A stretch of 64,000 nt of DNA from a bacterium (GTDB lineage: Bacteria > Desulfobacterota > Binatia > DP-6): NCBI GenBank assembly GCA_026129405.1, contig JAHCID010000001.1, positions 277,237 through 341,236 of the forward strand, in the 5' to 3' direction. Shown piece by piece: positions 29,975-38,899 of this stretch (positions within the stretch are counted from its first letter, which is position 1; each line of letters begins with the position of its first letter). Both the position numbers and the translations under genes were made by a program. The notes beneath the pieces are model-generated. The model was not told the origin of the DNA. It did not search any database and saw only the letters and a program-made list of their open reading frames with translations.

Positions 29975-31380
29975 CGGCGCCCGGCCGCCGGCGCACCCGG
30001 AGCCTGCGCGCCCGCCTGACGCTCGGCTACACCGCGGCCCTCGGGGCGCTGCTCGTGCTCCTCGGCGTCGCCGCGCTGCACCTCCTCGACCGCGGGCTGC
30101 GGGCCAACGTCGACCAGTCGCTCGAATCGATGGCGCAGGCGGTCGTGCGCGCGCACCAGAGCGCCGGCGCCGCGACGGCGGCGCAGCTCGAGGAGCGGCT
30201 CGGTCGTCTCCTCGGTCCGATCGGCGCCGAGCAGTTCCTCCAGCTGCTCGACCCGCTCGGCCGCCCGCGCTTCACCCCGCGGCGGGCGCTCGCGCTGCCG
30301 CTCGGCGCGACGGCGCTCGCCAACGCCGAGCAGGGCCGCGAGACCTTCGAGACGATCCCCATCCCCGAGCGCGGCCCGGTGCGCGTGCTCACCTGGCCGG
30401 TGATGCAGCGCGGCCGGCTGGTCGACGTGGTCCAGGTCGCGATGCCGCTCTCCACCGTCGAGGCGGCGCGCAAGCGCTTCCTGCTCGTGCTGCTCGGGCT
30501 CGCGCCGATCGCGCTCGCCGGCGTGACCGTCGGCGGCTGGCTCCTCACCGGGCGGGCGCTCGCCCCGGTCGACGCGATGACGGCCGCGGCGCGCCGCATC
30601 GGCGAGGGCGACCTCGCGCTGCGCGTGCCGGCCGACGGCCGCGACGACGAGCTCGGCCGCCTCGCCGCCGTCCTGAACGACATGCTCGCGCGGCTCGAGC
30701 GCTCGCTCGCGACGGCGCGCCAGCTGAGCGCCGACGCCGCCCACGAGCTGCGCACGCCGCTCACGATCCTGAAGGGCGAGATCGACGTCGCCCTGCGCGG
30801 CGAGCCGTCGCCCGGCGAGTCGCGGCGGGTCCTCGGCAGCCTGCGCGAGGAGGTCGACCGGCTGAGCGGGCTGGTCGAGGACCTGCTCTTCCTCGCGCGC
30901 AGCGACGCCGGCGCCATGACGCTCGCGGCCGAGCCGATCGACCTGCGCGCGGTGGTCGACGACGCCCTGCCCGCGCTCCAGGCGCTCGGCGAGCAGCGCG
31001 GCGCGACCGTCGTGCGCATGCCGAGCCCGCAGGCGCTGCCGGTCCACGGCAACGTGCCGATGCTGCTGCGCGTGCTCCTGAACCTCGTCGACAACGCCAC
31101 CCGGCACGGCGGTGCCGGCGTGCACGTCGGCGTCAACGCGGTCCGCGACCGCAGCGACGCCGTGCTCACCGTCGCCGACGACGGCGTGGGCATCGCGCCC
31201 GAGGACCAGGCGCGCATCTTCGACCGCTTCTATCGCGCCGACCGTGCGCGCAGCGGCGAAGGCACCGGCCTCGGCCTCGCCCTCGTGCGCTCCATCGTCG
31301 AGCTGCACCACGGCACGATCGAGGTCGACAGCGCGCCCGGCCGCGGCAGCCGCTTCCGCGTGCGGCTGCCGCTCGCGTAA
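29971..31380 (+). CDS. Sensor histidine kinase (two TM segments, HAMP, HisKA, HATPase_c)
   Basis: H-box SADAAHELRTPLT, N-box LLNLVDNATRHG, G-boxes DDGVGI and GTGLGLALV. The probable TTG start at 29971 overlaps the regulator stop (TTGA). Only the last 469 aa of the 1267-aa track ORF are credible. Confidence 0.85.
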   Translation: MTAPGRRRTRSLRARLTLGYTAALGALLVLLGVAALHLLDRGLRANVDQSLESMAQAVVRAHQSAGAATAAQLEERLGRLLGPIGAEQFLQLLDPLGRPRFTPRRALALPLGATALANAEQGRETFETIPIPERGPVRVLTWPVMQRGRLVDVVQVAMPLSTVEAARKRFLLVLLGLAPIALAGVTVGGWLLTGRALAPVDAMTAAARRIGEGDLALRVPADGRDDELGRLAAVLNDMLARLERSLATARQLSADAAHELRTPLTILKGEIDVALRGEPSPGESRRVLGSLREEVDRLSGLVEDLLFLARSDAGAMTLAAEPIDLRAVVDDALPALQALGEQRGATVVRMPSPQALPVHGNVPMLLRVLLNLVDNATRHGGAGVHVGVNAVRDRSDAVLTVADDGVGIAPEDQARIFDRFYRADRARSGEGTGLGLALVRSIVELHHGTIEVDSAPGRGSRFRVRLPLA

Positions 31381-31385
31381 CCGCG

Positions 31386-32744
31386 ATGCGCCGGGTCGCG
31401 GCCGTCGTCCTCGCCGTGCTGATCGCGGCCGTGCTCACGGCGCCGCGGGCACATGCCAGCGGATGTCCCGCACGCCGCGCCGTCACGGGTCGCCTGCCGG
31501 GCGTGACGCCCGCCCAGGAGACGCTCGCGTACTGGCTGCGCGTCACCGGCACACGACACGATCTCGACCGGCCGCTCCTGCACGCCCGCGACGCGGCCCG
31601 CCAGAAGGCCGTCGCCGCACGCTTCGGCGCCGACGCCGGCGTCCTCCTCGCCCCGCCCGACGAGCGCGCCGTGCGGGCGCAGGTCGCGTCGCTGCTCGAC
31701 CTGCTGCACCAGCGCGCCGCGCGCGGACGCTGGCTCGACGCGAGCGGCCATCCCCTCGATACGTCGCGCCTGCCACGGGCCGATGCCGCGAGCCTGGTGC
31801 TGGCGCCGCACGTGCGGGTGGCGCTCGCGCGCACGCTGCTGCGCTGCATGCCCCTACCGCGTGCCCTGCGCGACGCCGGCGACGCGGACCGCACCGACGA
31901 CGTGAACGCCTGCAGCGCCGTCGCCCCGCAGGAGGCCGTGCAGACGCTGGCCGACGGACCCGGGACGCTGCGGCTGGCGCGCACGCGCTCCGCGCTCGGC
32001 TGGATCGCGGCCGACGCGCCGCTGTCGCCGCCCGCTGGCGCCGGACGTCGCCGCGGGCGTGCGTTCCTGGGCGACCGCCGCGTCCGCGCCGCGATTTATG
32101 CTGCGGCTCCAGGCCCGCCGCGCGGCCGCATCGAGGTGCCGGCCGGAACGCTGCTGCCGCTCGCGCCGGGGCGCACCGACCGGGTGCTGATCGCGACCCG
32201 CGACGGCGTCGCGGAGGCACGGCGTCCCGCGGGTCTGCGTGCGGTGCCGCGCATCCCGACCCGGCGGGCCGTGCTCACGACGGCGTTCGCGGCGCTGGGG
32301 CAACCGTACGGCCTCGGCGGCGCCGGCGGCATCGATTGCTCGGCGCTGCTGCAGGACGCCTTCGCCGCCGCCGGCGTGGCGCTGCCGCGCCACAGCGCCG
32401 ACCAGGCGCGCGCGGGCGTCCTAAGCGTCGATCTGCGCGGGCTCACGCCCGCGCAGCGTCAGGTGCGTCTCGACGCCGCCGACGCGCGCGGCCTCGTGCT
32501 CCTGCACCTCCCGGGACACGTCGCCCTGTATCTCGGACGCAACGCCGACGGCGTGCCGATGACGCTGCACGCGCTCGGCAGCTACCGCACGCCCTGTCCC
32601 GACGGCCGCGGCGAGACGCGCCAGGTGGTGCGCCGGGTGGTGGTCAGCCGGCTCGACCTGGGGGCGGGAACGCGCGAAGGATCGCTCCTCGAACGGCTCG
32701 ACACGTTGGCCGTGTTCGGCCCCTCCACCGCTGCCCCTCCATGA
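31386..32744 (+). CDS. Secreted NlpC/P60 (C40) cell-wall hydrolase-like protein
   Basis: Signal peptide MRRVAAVVLAVLIAAVLTAPRAHA. C-terminal ..GQPYGLGGAGGIDCSALLQDAF...GV.LPR.S..Q...G..,..GHVALYLG carries the catalytic Cys/His pattern. Confidence 0.78.
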   Translation: MRRVAAVVLAVLIAAVLTAPRAHASGCPARRAVTGRLPGVTPAQETLAYWLRVTGTRHDLDRPLLHARDAARQKAVAARFGADAGVLLAPPDERAVRAQVASLLDLLHQRAARGRWLDASGHPLDTSRLPRADAASLVLAPHVRVALARTLLRCMPLPRALRDAGDADRTDDVNACSAVAPQEAVQTLADGPGTLRLARTRSALGWIAADAPLSPPAGAGRRRGRAFLGDRRVRAAIYAAAPGPPRGRIEVPAGTLLPLAPGRTDRVLIATRDGVAEARRPAGLRAVPRIPTRRAVLTTAFAALGQPYGLGGAGGIDCSALLQDAFAAAGVALPRHSADQARAGVLSVDLRGLTPAQRQVRLDAADARGLVLLHLPGHVALYLGRNADGVPMTLHALGSYRTPCPDGRGETRQVVRRVVVSRLDLGAGTREGSLLERLDTLAVFGPSTAAPP

Positions 32745-33574
32745 CCCTGCACGACCGCCTCGCCGCCCTCTTCCCCGACGCCTCCCGGCGGAGCCTGAAG
32801 CAGTGGCTCGCCCACGGCCGCGTGCGCGTGAACGGCACCGTCGAGCGCCGCGGCACCGCGACCGTGGCCGCCGGCGACCGCGTCGTCCTCGGCAAGCCGG
32901 CGCCGCCGCCGCTGCGCGGTCCGCTGCGCATCGTGCACCAGGACGACCGCCTGCTCGTCGTCGACAAGCCCGCCGGCCTCCTCACCATCGCCACCAAGCG
33001 CGAGCGCGAGAAGACGGCCTACCGCCAGCTGAGCGTCCACCTCGCCGCCGCCGCCGGGCCGCGCGACCGCCGCCAGCCGCTCTTCGTCGTCCACCGGCTC
33101 GATCGCGAGACCTCGGGCCTGCTCGTCTTCGCCCGCACGCCGGCGGTGAAGCGCACGCTGCAGGAGCAGTTCGCGAAGCGGAGCGTCGAGCGCGTGTACG
33201 TCGCCGTGGTCGAGGGCGTCGTGCGACCCGACCGCGGCACGCTGCGCAGCCATCTGCGCGAGGACGCGGGCCGGCGCGTGCGCGAGGCCCGCGGGCCCGC
33301 CGACGGCCGCGAGGCGATCACGCACTGGCGCGTGCTCGCCCGCGGGAAGGACACGACGCGCCTGGAGCTGCGCCTCACCACCGGGCGCCGGGGCCAGATC
33401 CGGGCCCAGCTCGCCGGGCTCGGGCATCCCATCGTCGGCGACGCCGCCTACGGCAGCAGCCGCGATCCCCTGCGCCGCATCTGCCTCCATGCCACCCGCC
33501 TGGGCTTCGTCGACGACGGCGAGCCGCGGGCGTTCGAGAGCCCCGTACCGGCCGGCTTCCTGCGCCTCGGCTGA
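32741..33574 (+). CDS. RluA-family pseudouridine synthase with an S4-like N-terminus
   Basis: ..LVVDKPAGLL..,HRLDRETSGLLVFA,..R.Y.A.V.G..,..GR..QIR.QLA..GHPIVGD..YG. The ATG overlaps the upstream stop (ATGA). Confidence 0.85.
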   Translation: MTLHDRLAALFPDASRRSLKQWLAHGRVRVNGTVERRGTATVAAGDRVVLGKPAPPPLRGPLRIVHQDDRLLVVDKPAGLLTIATKREREKTAYRQLSVHLAAAAGPRDRRQPLFVVHRLDRETSGLLVFARTPAVKRTLQEQFAKRSVERVYVAVVEGVVRPDRGTLRSHLREDAGRRVREARGPADGREAITHWRVLARGKDTTRLELRLTTGRRGQIRAQLAGLGHPIVGDAAYGSSRDPLRRICLHATRLGFVDDGEPRAFESPVPAGFLRLG

Positions 33575-33689
33575 GGCCGCGGCTCGATGAGAGGGTTCTC
33601 ATCGAACTCTCACCGGCGGCTCACGAGCTTTCCGCCCGTTCATCCGTCTCTAGCCTCGAATCTCTTTGCTCGACGGAGGAACGGACACG

Positions 33690-35195
33690 ATGGATCGGAC
33701 CCTGCGCACCCTCATCGCCGGCACGGCGGCCGTGGCCCTGACGGGCGCCGGCGTGCTCGCGGGTTGCACCAGCCGCCCCGAGCGCTCGCTCGTCGCCCCG
33801 GCGCACGCCGCGACGGCGGCGGACGCCGCCCCGGCGCCGAGCTCGCCGCCGACCCGCGGCTTCTCGCACCTCGTCCGCGGCGCGTCGCCCGCGGTGGTCA
33901 ACATCAAGGTGACGTCGGTGGTGAAGACCGCCGGCCCCGGCGGCATGCAGGGCGTCCCGCCCGAGTGGTTCGGTGAGGACGGCCCCTTCGGCCCGAACGG
34001 CCCGTTCCGCGGCTTCGGCATGCCGCGCGGGCGCGAGCGCGCCCCGCAGGAGTTCAAGCGCCAGGGGTCGGGCTCCGGCTTCGTCATCAGCGCGGACGGC
34101 GTCATCGTCACCAACAACCACGTGGTCGAGGACGCGAAGGACATCACCGTCACCTTCGCCGACGGCAGGGAGCTGTCTGCGAAGGTGCTCGGGCACGACC
34201 CGAAGACCGACCTCGCGGTCATCAAGGTGGACGCCCACGACCTCGCGGTCGCCCGCCTCGGCGACTCCGACGAGGTCTCGGTCGGCGACTGGGTGGTGGC
34301 GATCGGCAACCCGTTCGGCCTCGACAACACCGTCACCGCCGGCATCGTGAGCGCCAAGGGCCGCGCCATCGGCGCCGGTCCCTACGACGACTTCATCCAG
34401 ACCGACGCCCCCATCAATCCCGGCAACTCGGGCGGCCCGCTGCTCGACGAGGACGGCAACGTGATCGGCATCAACACGGCCATCTTCAGCCAGAACGGCG
34501 GCAGCGTCGGCATCGGCTTCGCGATCCCGATCAACCTCGCGAAGCGCCTCGTGCCGCAGCTCGAGAAGGGCCACGTGACCCGCGGCTGGCTCGGCGTCGC
34601 GATCCAGAAGATCACGCCCGACCTCGCCGAGTCGCTCGGGCTCGAGAACACGCGCGGCGCGCTGGTGGCGCAGGTCACGCCGAAGAGCCCGGCCGCCAAG
34701 GCCGGCATCCAGGCGGGCGACGTGATCACGACCTTCGCCGGCAAGCCGCTGAAGGATCAGTCGAGCCTGCCGACCCTGGTGGCCGACACGCCGGTCGGCG
34801 CGACCGTCCCCGTCGAGGTGGTCCGCCACGGCAAGACCCAGACCGTCGAGGTGACGATCCGGAAGCTCGAGGAGGAAGAGGTCGCGGTCGACACCTCGTC
34901 GCCGGCGAAGGGCCAGTGGGGCCTCGCGCTGCGCGAGCTCGGCCCCGAGCAGCGCTCGCAGCGCGAGCTCGGCGGCGACGAGGGCGTGCTCGTGGCCGAC
35001 GTCGCGCCGGACAGCCCGGCGGCCGAGGCCGGCATCAAGCCCGGCGACGTCCTGGTCGAGGTGAATCGCACCCCGGTCGGCTCCGTGCAGGAGGCGCGCG
35101 CGGCGGTGAATGCGACGGCGAAGGGCAAGCCGCTCCTGCTCCTCGTCCGCCCGCAGGACGGCTCGACGCGGTTCGCGGCACTCGCCGCCCGCTGA
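33690..35195 (+). CDS. htrA: HtrA/DegP-family periplasmic serine protease with two PDZ domains
   Basis: RBS GGAGGA then ATG at 33690. GSGFVIS.DG.IVTNNHVV, DLAVIKV, TDA.INPGNSGGPL.D..G.VIGINTAI, then two PDZ-like segments. Confidence 0.9.
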   Translation: MDRTLRTLIAGTAAVALTGAGVLAGCTSRPERSLVAPAHAATAADAAPAPSSPPTRGFSHLVRGASPAVVNIKVTSVVKTAGPGGMQGVPPEWFGEDGPFGPNGPFRGFGMPRGRERAPQEFKRQGSGSGFVISADGVIVTNNHVVEDAKDITVTFADGRELSAKVLGHDPKTDLAVIKVDAHDLAVARLGDSDEVSVGDWVVAIGNPFGLDNTVTAGIVSAKGRAIGAGPYDDFIQTDAPINPGNSGGPLLDEDGNVIGINTAIFSQNGGSVGIGFAIPINLAKRLVPQLEKGHVTRGWLGVAIQKITPDLAESLGLENTRGALVAQVTPKSPAAKAGIQAGDVITTFAGKPLKDQSSLPTLVADTPVGATVPVEVVRHGKTQTVEVTIRKLEEEEVAVDTSSPAKGQWGLALRELGPEQRSQRELGGDEGVLVADVAPDSPAAEAGIKPGDVLVEVNRTPVGSVQEARAAVNATAKGKPLLLLVRPQDGSTRFAALAAR

Positions 35196-35224
35196 GAGCA
35201 GTCCGTCCACTCCCCCCCACCCGC

Positions 35225-35264
35225 ACGGCGGCGGGGGCGGTCTTCGGGCCGCCCCCGCCGTCGT
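35225..35264. terminator. Bidirectional hairpin between convergent htrA and the Cys-rich protein gene
   Basis: A perfect 12-bp stem CGGCGGGGGCGG (35229-35240) / CCGCCCCCGCCG (35249-35260) with loop TCTTCGGG. It extends to 16 bp with one mismatch, which is a G-U pair only on the plus-strand (htrA) transcript and an A-C mismatch on the minus-strand transcript. Confidence 0.5.
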
Positions 35265-35274
35265 GCGTCGGGGG

Positions 35275-37212
35275 TCAGAGGCAGGGCGTCGCGGTCTCGA
35301 GGTCTTCGACGCCCGTCGTCGTGCCGATCGCCTGGGCGACGAAGTCGTGCGACGGGGCCGGCGGGCCGCAGGTGCACTGGCCGCCCGGACCGCCGGGCGG
35401 CGGGATGTCGAACGCGGCCTCGTAGCCGATGGCGGCGGGCTGGTCGGCGCGCTCGCGCTTGCAGCACACGAGGAGGTCGTTGATCGGGCAGGGGACCGGC
35501 GTCCAGCCCGGGCACGCGATGCGGCCGCCGAAACCCTTCGGCGCGTTCACCCGCAGGATCGTGCCGACCGGGCCGTTCACGCGGCCCGACGCGGTCTGCG
35601 TGTCGACGCGGCCGGGGCCGCCGCCGCAGAGGCCGCAGGCCGTGGTCGTGCACACGGCCTGGTCGATCGTCACCGCGAGCGAGCAGTCCTGACCGCAGTC
35701 GGCGAAGACGGCGCAACGCGGATCGCACGGGTCGGTGTCGAGGCAGGTCGCGCACTGGCACTTCGTCGCCGCCGGCGCGTTCGGACGGCCGACCTCGTTG
35801 AAGCAGAGCGCGGTGCACGCGTAGGTCTCGTCGTTCGTCGCGGTGAAGCCGGGCGCGTGCGGACCGTGGGCGACGTGCAGCACCTCGTGCCAGAGCACGT
35901 TCAGCTGGTTGGCGACGCAGATCGGCGAGTTGAAGAAGGTGCGCGGATCGATGGTGACGCCGACCGACACCGGGAGCGCGCCGAAGAAGAGGCTGTCGCT
36001 GATGTCGATCTGCGCGCAGTTGTCGCCCGTGAGCTCGCCGCAGGTGATCGCGATGCCGTCGGTGCCGAGCTTCCAGATGAGGAAGTTGAGCGTCTGATCG
36101 AGGCCGAGGTCGCGGAAGCACTTCTTGCCCCGCTCCCATGCCTGCCTCCACTGCGCTTCGAGCTGCTGCTGCTGGGCGGCCGTGCAGTCGGCCGCGGCGG
36201 CGGCGACGCCCGCCCCGGCGTTCGTCTGGATCGTCGTCGTGTCGAACGCCTCCACCTTCTCGAGCCCGCTGCCGGTGTCCTCCTCGATGACGACGCCCAG
36301 CGCCGTGCCGGCGACCGTGTAGGTGACGCGGCGAACCGGCGTGCCGTCGTCCTCGGGATCGTCGGTGACGATCCCGACCGCCGCGTCGGGCGGCGTGCGC
36401 ACGACGTGCCAGCGACGCTCGAAGACGCCGTCCTCGTTCTGGTCGGCCGCGCCCTGCGTCTCGTCGCCGGCATGCGCCCACTGGAGCACGACGACGCCGG
36501 CGTGACGCAGCGTCTCGCCGGTGATCTCGCCGTTCGAGCGCGTGCGGGCATACGTCCAGGTGACGCCGTCCGGCGTCAGCGCCGTGGCGTCGGCGCCGCC
36601 GGCGACCGCCGCCGCGGCCGCGCGCAGGGCCTCCCAGGTGGGGTCGCCCGAGAGCGGCGGGATGGTGGTGGTCGTGGTCGCGCCGGGCAGCGTCGTGCTC
36701 GTCGTGGTGGTCGTCTCGAGCGGAACGCAGGTGCAGTCGGGCGCGCAGGTGGTGCCGGCGCCGCAGCCGCCGAAGTCGCACGCCTCGGCGCCGTTCGGGT
36801 CGTGGCGGCCGTCGCCGCAGAACGAGCGCACCGCGGTGAACGGCGACGGCTTCTTCTGGCCCTTCGTCTTGACGGTGCCGGTGAGCGTCGAGCAGTCGGG
36901 CGAGGCGATGCGTGCCTTCAGGCGGACCTTGCGCGCCTCGCCGCAGCGGGCCCACGCGCCGGCGATCCTGGTCGCGCTTCGTCCCCCCTGCACCACGCCT
37001 CTGCGCGCCGCGCAGCCGCTGTCGATGGACAGCACCCTGCCGCGGACGGAGACCGCGTCCGGCGCGCCGCCGGGCCGCGAGCCGGTGACGAGCGAGCCGC
37101 CCTGGGTCACGAGGAAGCGACCGTCGGGACACGGCGGGTTCTTGCGGGCTGCCGCGGGGGCCGCAACGACGACGAGGGCGAGGAACACGGACGCGAGCAC
37201 GGAACGGGTCAA
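35275..37212 (-). CDS. Large secreted Cys-rich protein with an HExxH (zincin-like) motif, a Thr-rich linker and a CGDG..EACD repeat
   Basis: The TTG start at 37212 lies 6 nt after AGGAGG (37219-37224). Signal peptide SVLASVFLALVVVAAPAAA. FCGDGRHDPNGAEACD resembles the myxobacterial Cys-rich repeat. Also ETTTTTSTTLPGATTTTT and LWHEVLHVAHGPH. I count about 34 Cys. Confidence 0.6.
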   Translation of the reverse strand: MTRSVLASVFLALVVVAAPAAARKNPPCPDGRFLVTQGGSLVTGSRPGGAPDAVSVRGRVLSIDSGCAARRGVVQGGRSATRIAGAWARCGEARKVRLKARIASPDCSTLTGTVKTKGQKKPSPFTAVRSFCGDGRHDPNGAEACDFGGCGAGTTCAPDCTCVPLETTTTTSTTLPGATTTTTIPPLSGDPTWEALRAAAAAVAGGADATALTPDGVTWTYARTRSNGEITGETLRHAGVVVLQWAHAGDETQGAADQNEDGVFERRWHVVRTPPDAAVGIVTDDPEDDGTPVRRVTYTVAGTALGVVIEEDTGSGLEKVEAFDTTTIQTNAGAGVAAAAADCTAAQQQQLEAQWRQAWERGKKCFRDLGLDQTLNFLIWKLGTDGIAITCGELTGDNCAQIDISDSLFFGALPVSVGVTIDPRTFFNSPICVANQLNVLWHEVLHVAHGPHAPGFTATNDETYACTALCFNEVGRPNAPAATKCQCATCLDTDPCDPRCAVFADCGQDCSLAVTIDQAVCTTTACGLCGGGPGRVDTQTASGRVNGPVGTILRVNAPKGFGGRIACPGWTPVPCPINDLLVCCKRERADQPAAIGYEAAFDIPPPGGPGGQCTCGPPAPSHDFVAQAIGTTTGVEDLETATPCL

Positions 37213-37302
37213 CGGAAACCTCCTGCGCAACCGTCGCGGCTACCATGGGGTATCAGGCCACACCACCCCGCATCCGCGCGGGCGCGGGCAGGATGCTCGC
37301 CG

Positions 37303-37980
37303 TCAGCCCGCGGCAGCGATCAGCTCGGCCGTCCCGAGCCGCAGCACGGCCCCGATGCGGGCGATCGAGAGATCGGCGGGAGGGTTCGCGCCGACGATCG
37401 CCGGGTCGTGCGCGTACTGCCCCTGACGCACGAAGACGGTGGTCAGGCGCGCTCCCCAGTGCGCCTTGGCGGCGGCCAGGATGTGGAGCTTGTCGTCGAA
37501 CAGCACGTAGTGGCGCGCCGGCCAGCGCCGCGCCACGGCGTCGAGCTCGCGCTCCTTGTGCACGGCGACGAGCACCTGCCCGCCGACCGCGTGCAGCAGT
37601 CCGGAGCGCGCCACCTTGCGCGGCTGGAAGACGACGTCGCCGTCGGTGAGCAGCGCCGTGCGGCCGCGCCGGCGCAGATGACGGAGCACCGCGAGCGCGT
37701 GCGGATGCAGGCGGCGCTCGAACGGGTAGTCGAGCATCCAATCGGCGATCGCGAGCAGGCTCGGCGCATAGGGACGCTCGCGGCGCAGCCGCTGGAGCGC
37801 GCCGAGGTAGTCGGCGTAGCCGAGCTCCGCCCGCAGCGCCTCGACATGCTCCCAGAAGCGCCGCAACCCCGCCGCGCCTTCCGCACGCGTCACCCGGGCG
37901 CACATGTCGGCGAGAAGCCGGTCGTTGTCGAGGAGGGTGTTGTCCACGTCCACGAGGAAGACGACGGGCGCACGGGGCAT
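37303..37980 (-). CDS. HAD-superfamily hydrolase
   Basis: Motif I FLVDVDNTLLDN, later ..LLTDGD.. and ..LFDDK.. I prefer the ATG at 37980 over the GTG at 38001. Confidence 0.72.
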   Translation of the reverse strand: MPRAPVVFLVDVDNTLLDNDRLLADMCARVTRAEGAAGLRRFWEHVEALRAELGYADYLGALQRLRRERPYAPSLLAIADWMLDYPFERRLHPHALAVLRHLRRRGRTALLTDGDVVFQPRKVARSGLLHAVGGQVLVAVHKERELDAVARRWPARHYVLFDDKLHILAAAKAHWGARLTTVFVRQGQYAHDPAIVGANPPADLSIARIGAVLRLGTAELIAAAG

Positions 37981-38086
37981 CGGCGGGCGCACGCTTCGCA
38001 CCGGGCCGGGAGCGGGTCAAGCCGCCGCCGGCGGCGCCGCTCCGCCTCGCACTTGCCCACCCGGGGTCCGGTCCGTATGAACGCGC

Positions 38087-38896
38087 ATGCGCCTTCGCCA
38101 GCGGCTCGCCCTCGGCGTCGTCTCGCTCCTCGTCGTGCTCGGCGCGACGTCCTGCTCGACGGGCGGCGCGGCGCCGCAGCCGGCGATGCCGCCTCCGCCG
38201 CCGCCGATCCGCATCGGCACGCTGGAGGACTCGCCGCCGTACGCGTTCCGCCGCGACGGCGAGCTCGTCGGTCTCGAGATCGACTTCGCGCAGCGCCTGT
38301 TCCAGGCGACCGGCCGTCCCATCACGTTCGTACCGATCGCCTGGGACGACCTCCTGAACGCGCTCGAGGCCGGCAAGATCGACGTGGCGATGGCGGGCAT
38401 CACCATCACGCCCGAGCGTCAGGTGCGCTTCGCGTTCAGCGATCCCTACTTCCGCGCCGCGACCGCGGCGCTGATCCGCCGCACCGACCGGCAGAAGTTC
38501 CGCGACCGCGCCGCCGTCTGCACGAGCCCGATCGACGTCGGCGTGCTCATGGGCTCGGTGCCGGAGATGGAGCTGCGCGACCGCTGCCCGGCGGTGATCC
38601 CGCGCCTCTATCCCAAAGCCGCCAACGCCGTGCTCGAGCTGCGGCAGCGCCGCGTCGACGCCGTCGTCCACGACGCCCCCGTGCTGCGCTGGCTGTCGTC
38701 GAGCTCGTCGGCCGAGCTGGAGGTCGTCGAGACCCAGCTCGGCGTGCAGTCGCTCGCGTGGGCCTTCCGGCCTGGCGAGGTCGAGCTGCGCAACGCCGCG
38801 AACGCCGCCCTGGCGCGCATGCGCGACGACGGCACGCTGGCCCGCATCCTGGTGCGCTGGATTCCGGAGCAGGACCGCTCCCGCGGCACCCGGTAG
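38087..38896 (+). CDS. Lipoprotein, family-3 solute-binding protein (amino-acid ABC type); no adjacent permease or ATPase
   Basis: Lipobox LGATSC. ..IRIGT....PPYAF...GELVGLEIDFA..L....G....FV.I.WD.L...L..GKIDV.MAG.TIT.ER...F.FS.PY.. Confidence 0.8.
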   Translation: MRLRQRLALGVVSLLVVLGATSCSTGGAAPQPAMPPPPPPIRIGTLEDSPPYAFRRDGELVGLEIDFAQRLFQATGRPITFVPIAWDDLLNALEAGKIDVAMAGITITPERQVRFAFSDPYFRAATAALIRRTDRQKFRDRAAVCTSPIDVGVLMGSVPEMELRDRCPAVIPRLYPKAANAVLELRQRRVDAVVHDAPVLRWLSSSSSAELEVVETQLGVQSLAWAFRPGEVELRNAANAALARMRDDGTLARILVRWIPEQDRSRGTR

Positions 38897-38899
38897 GGC

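Noticed and set aside
27577-31380. A 1267-aa open reading frame on the plus strand
   Set aside because: Only the last 469 aa (from the TTG at 29971) have histidine-kinase motifs. The upstream ~800 codons are Arg/Ala/Pro/Ser-rich and lie antisense to the well-supported glycerate kinase and AKR genes, or out of frame over the response regulator. This is a typical GC-driven shadow ORF.
35275-37212. Whether the N-terminal module of the Cys-rich protein is the same module as the one shared by the CocE/NonD hydrolase and PhoD
   Set aside because: The patterns differ (CPDGRF..SIDSGC..RC..VRLKA...PDC..G.V... versus the W..Y...L.L...K..G..L.L..P.P..V.V.L pattern). I could not align them convincingly by eye, so I kept them separate.
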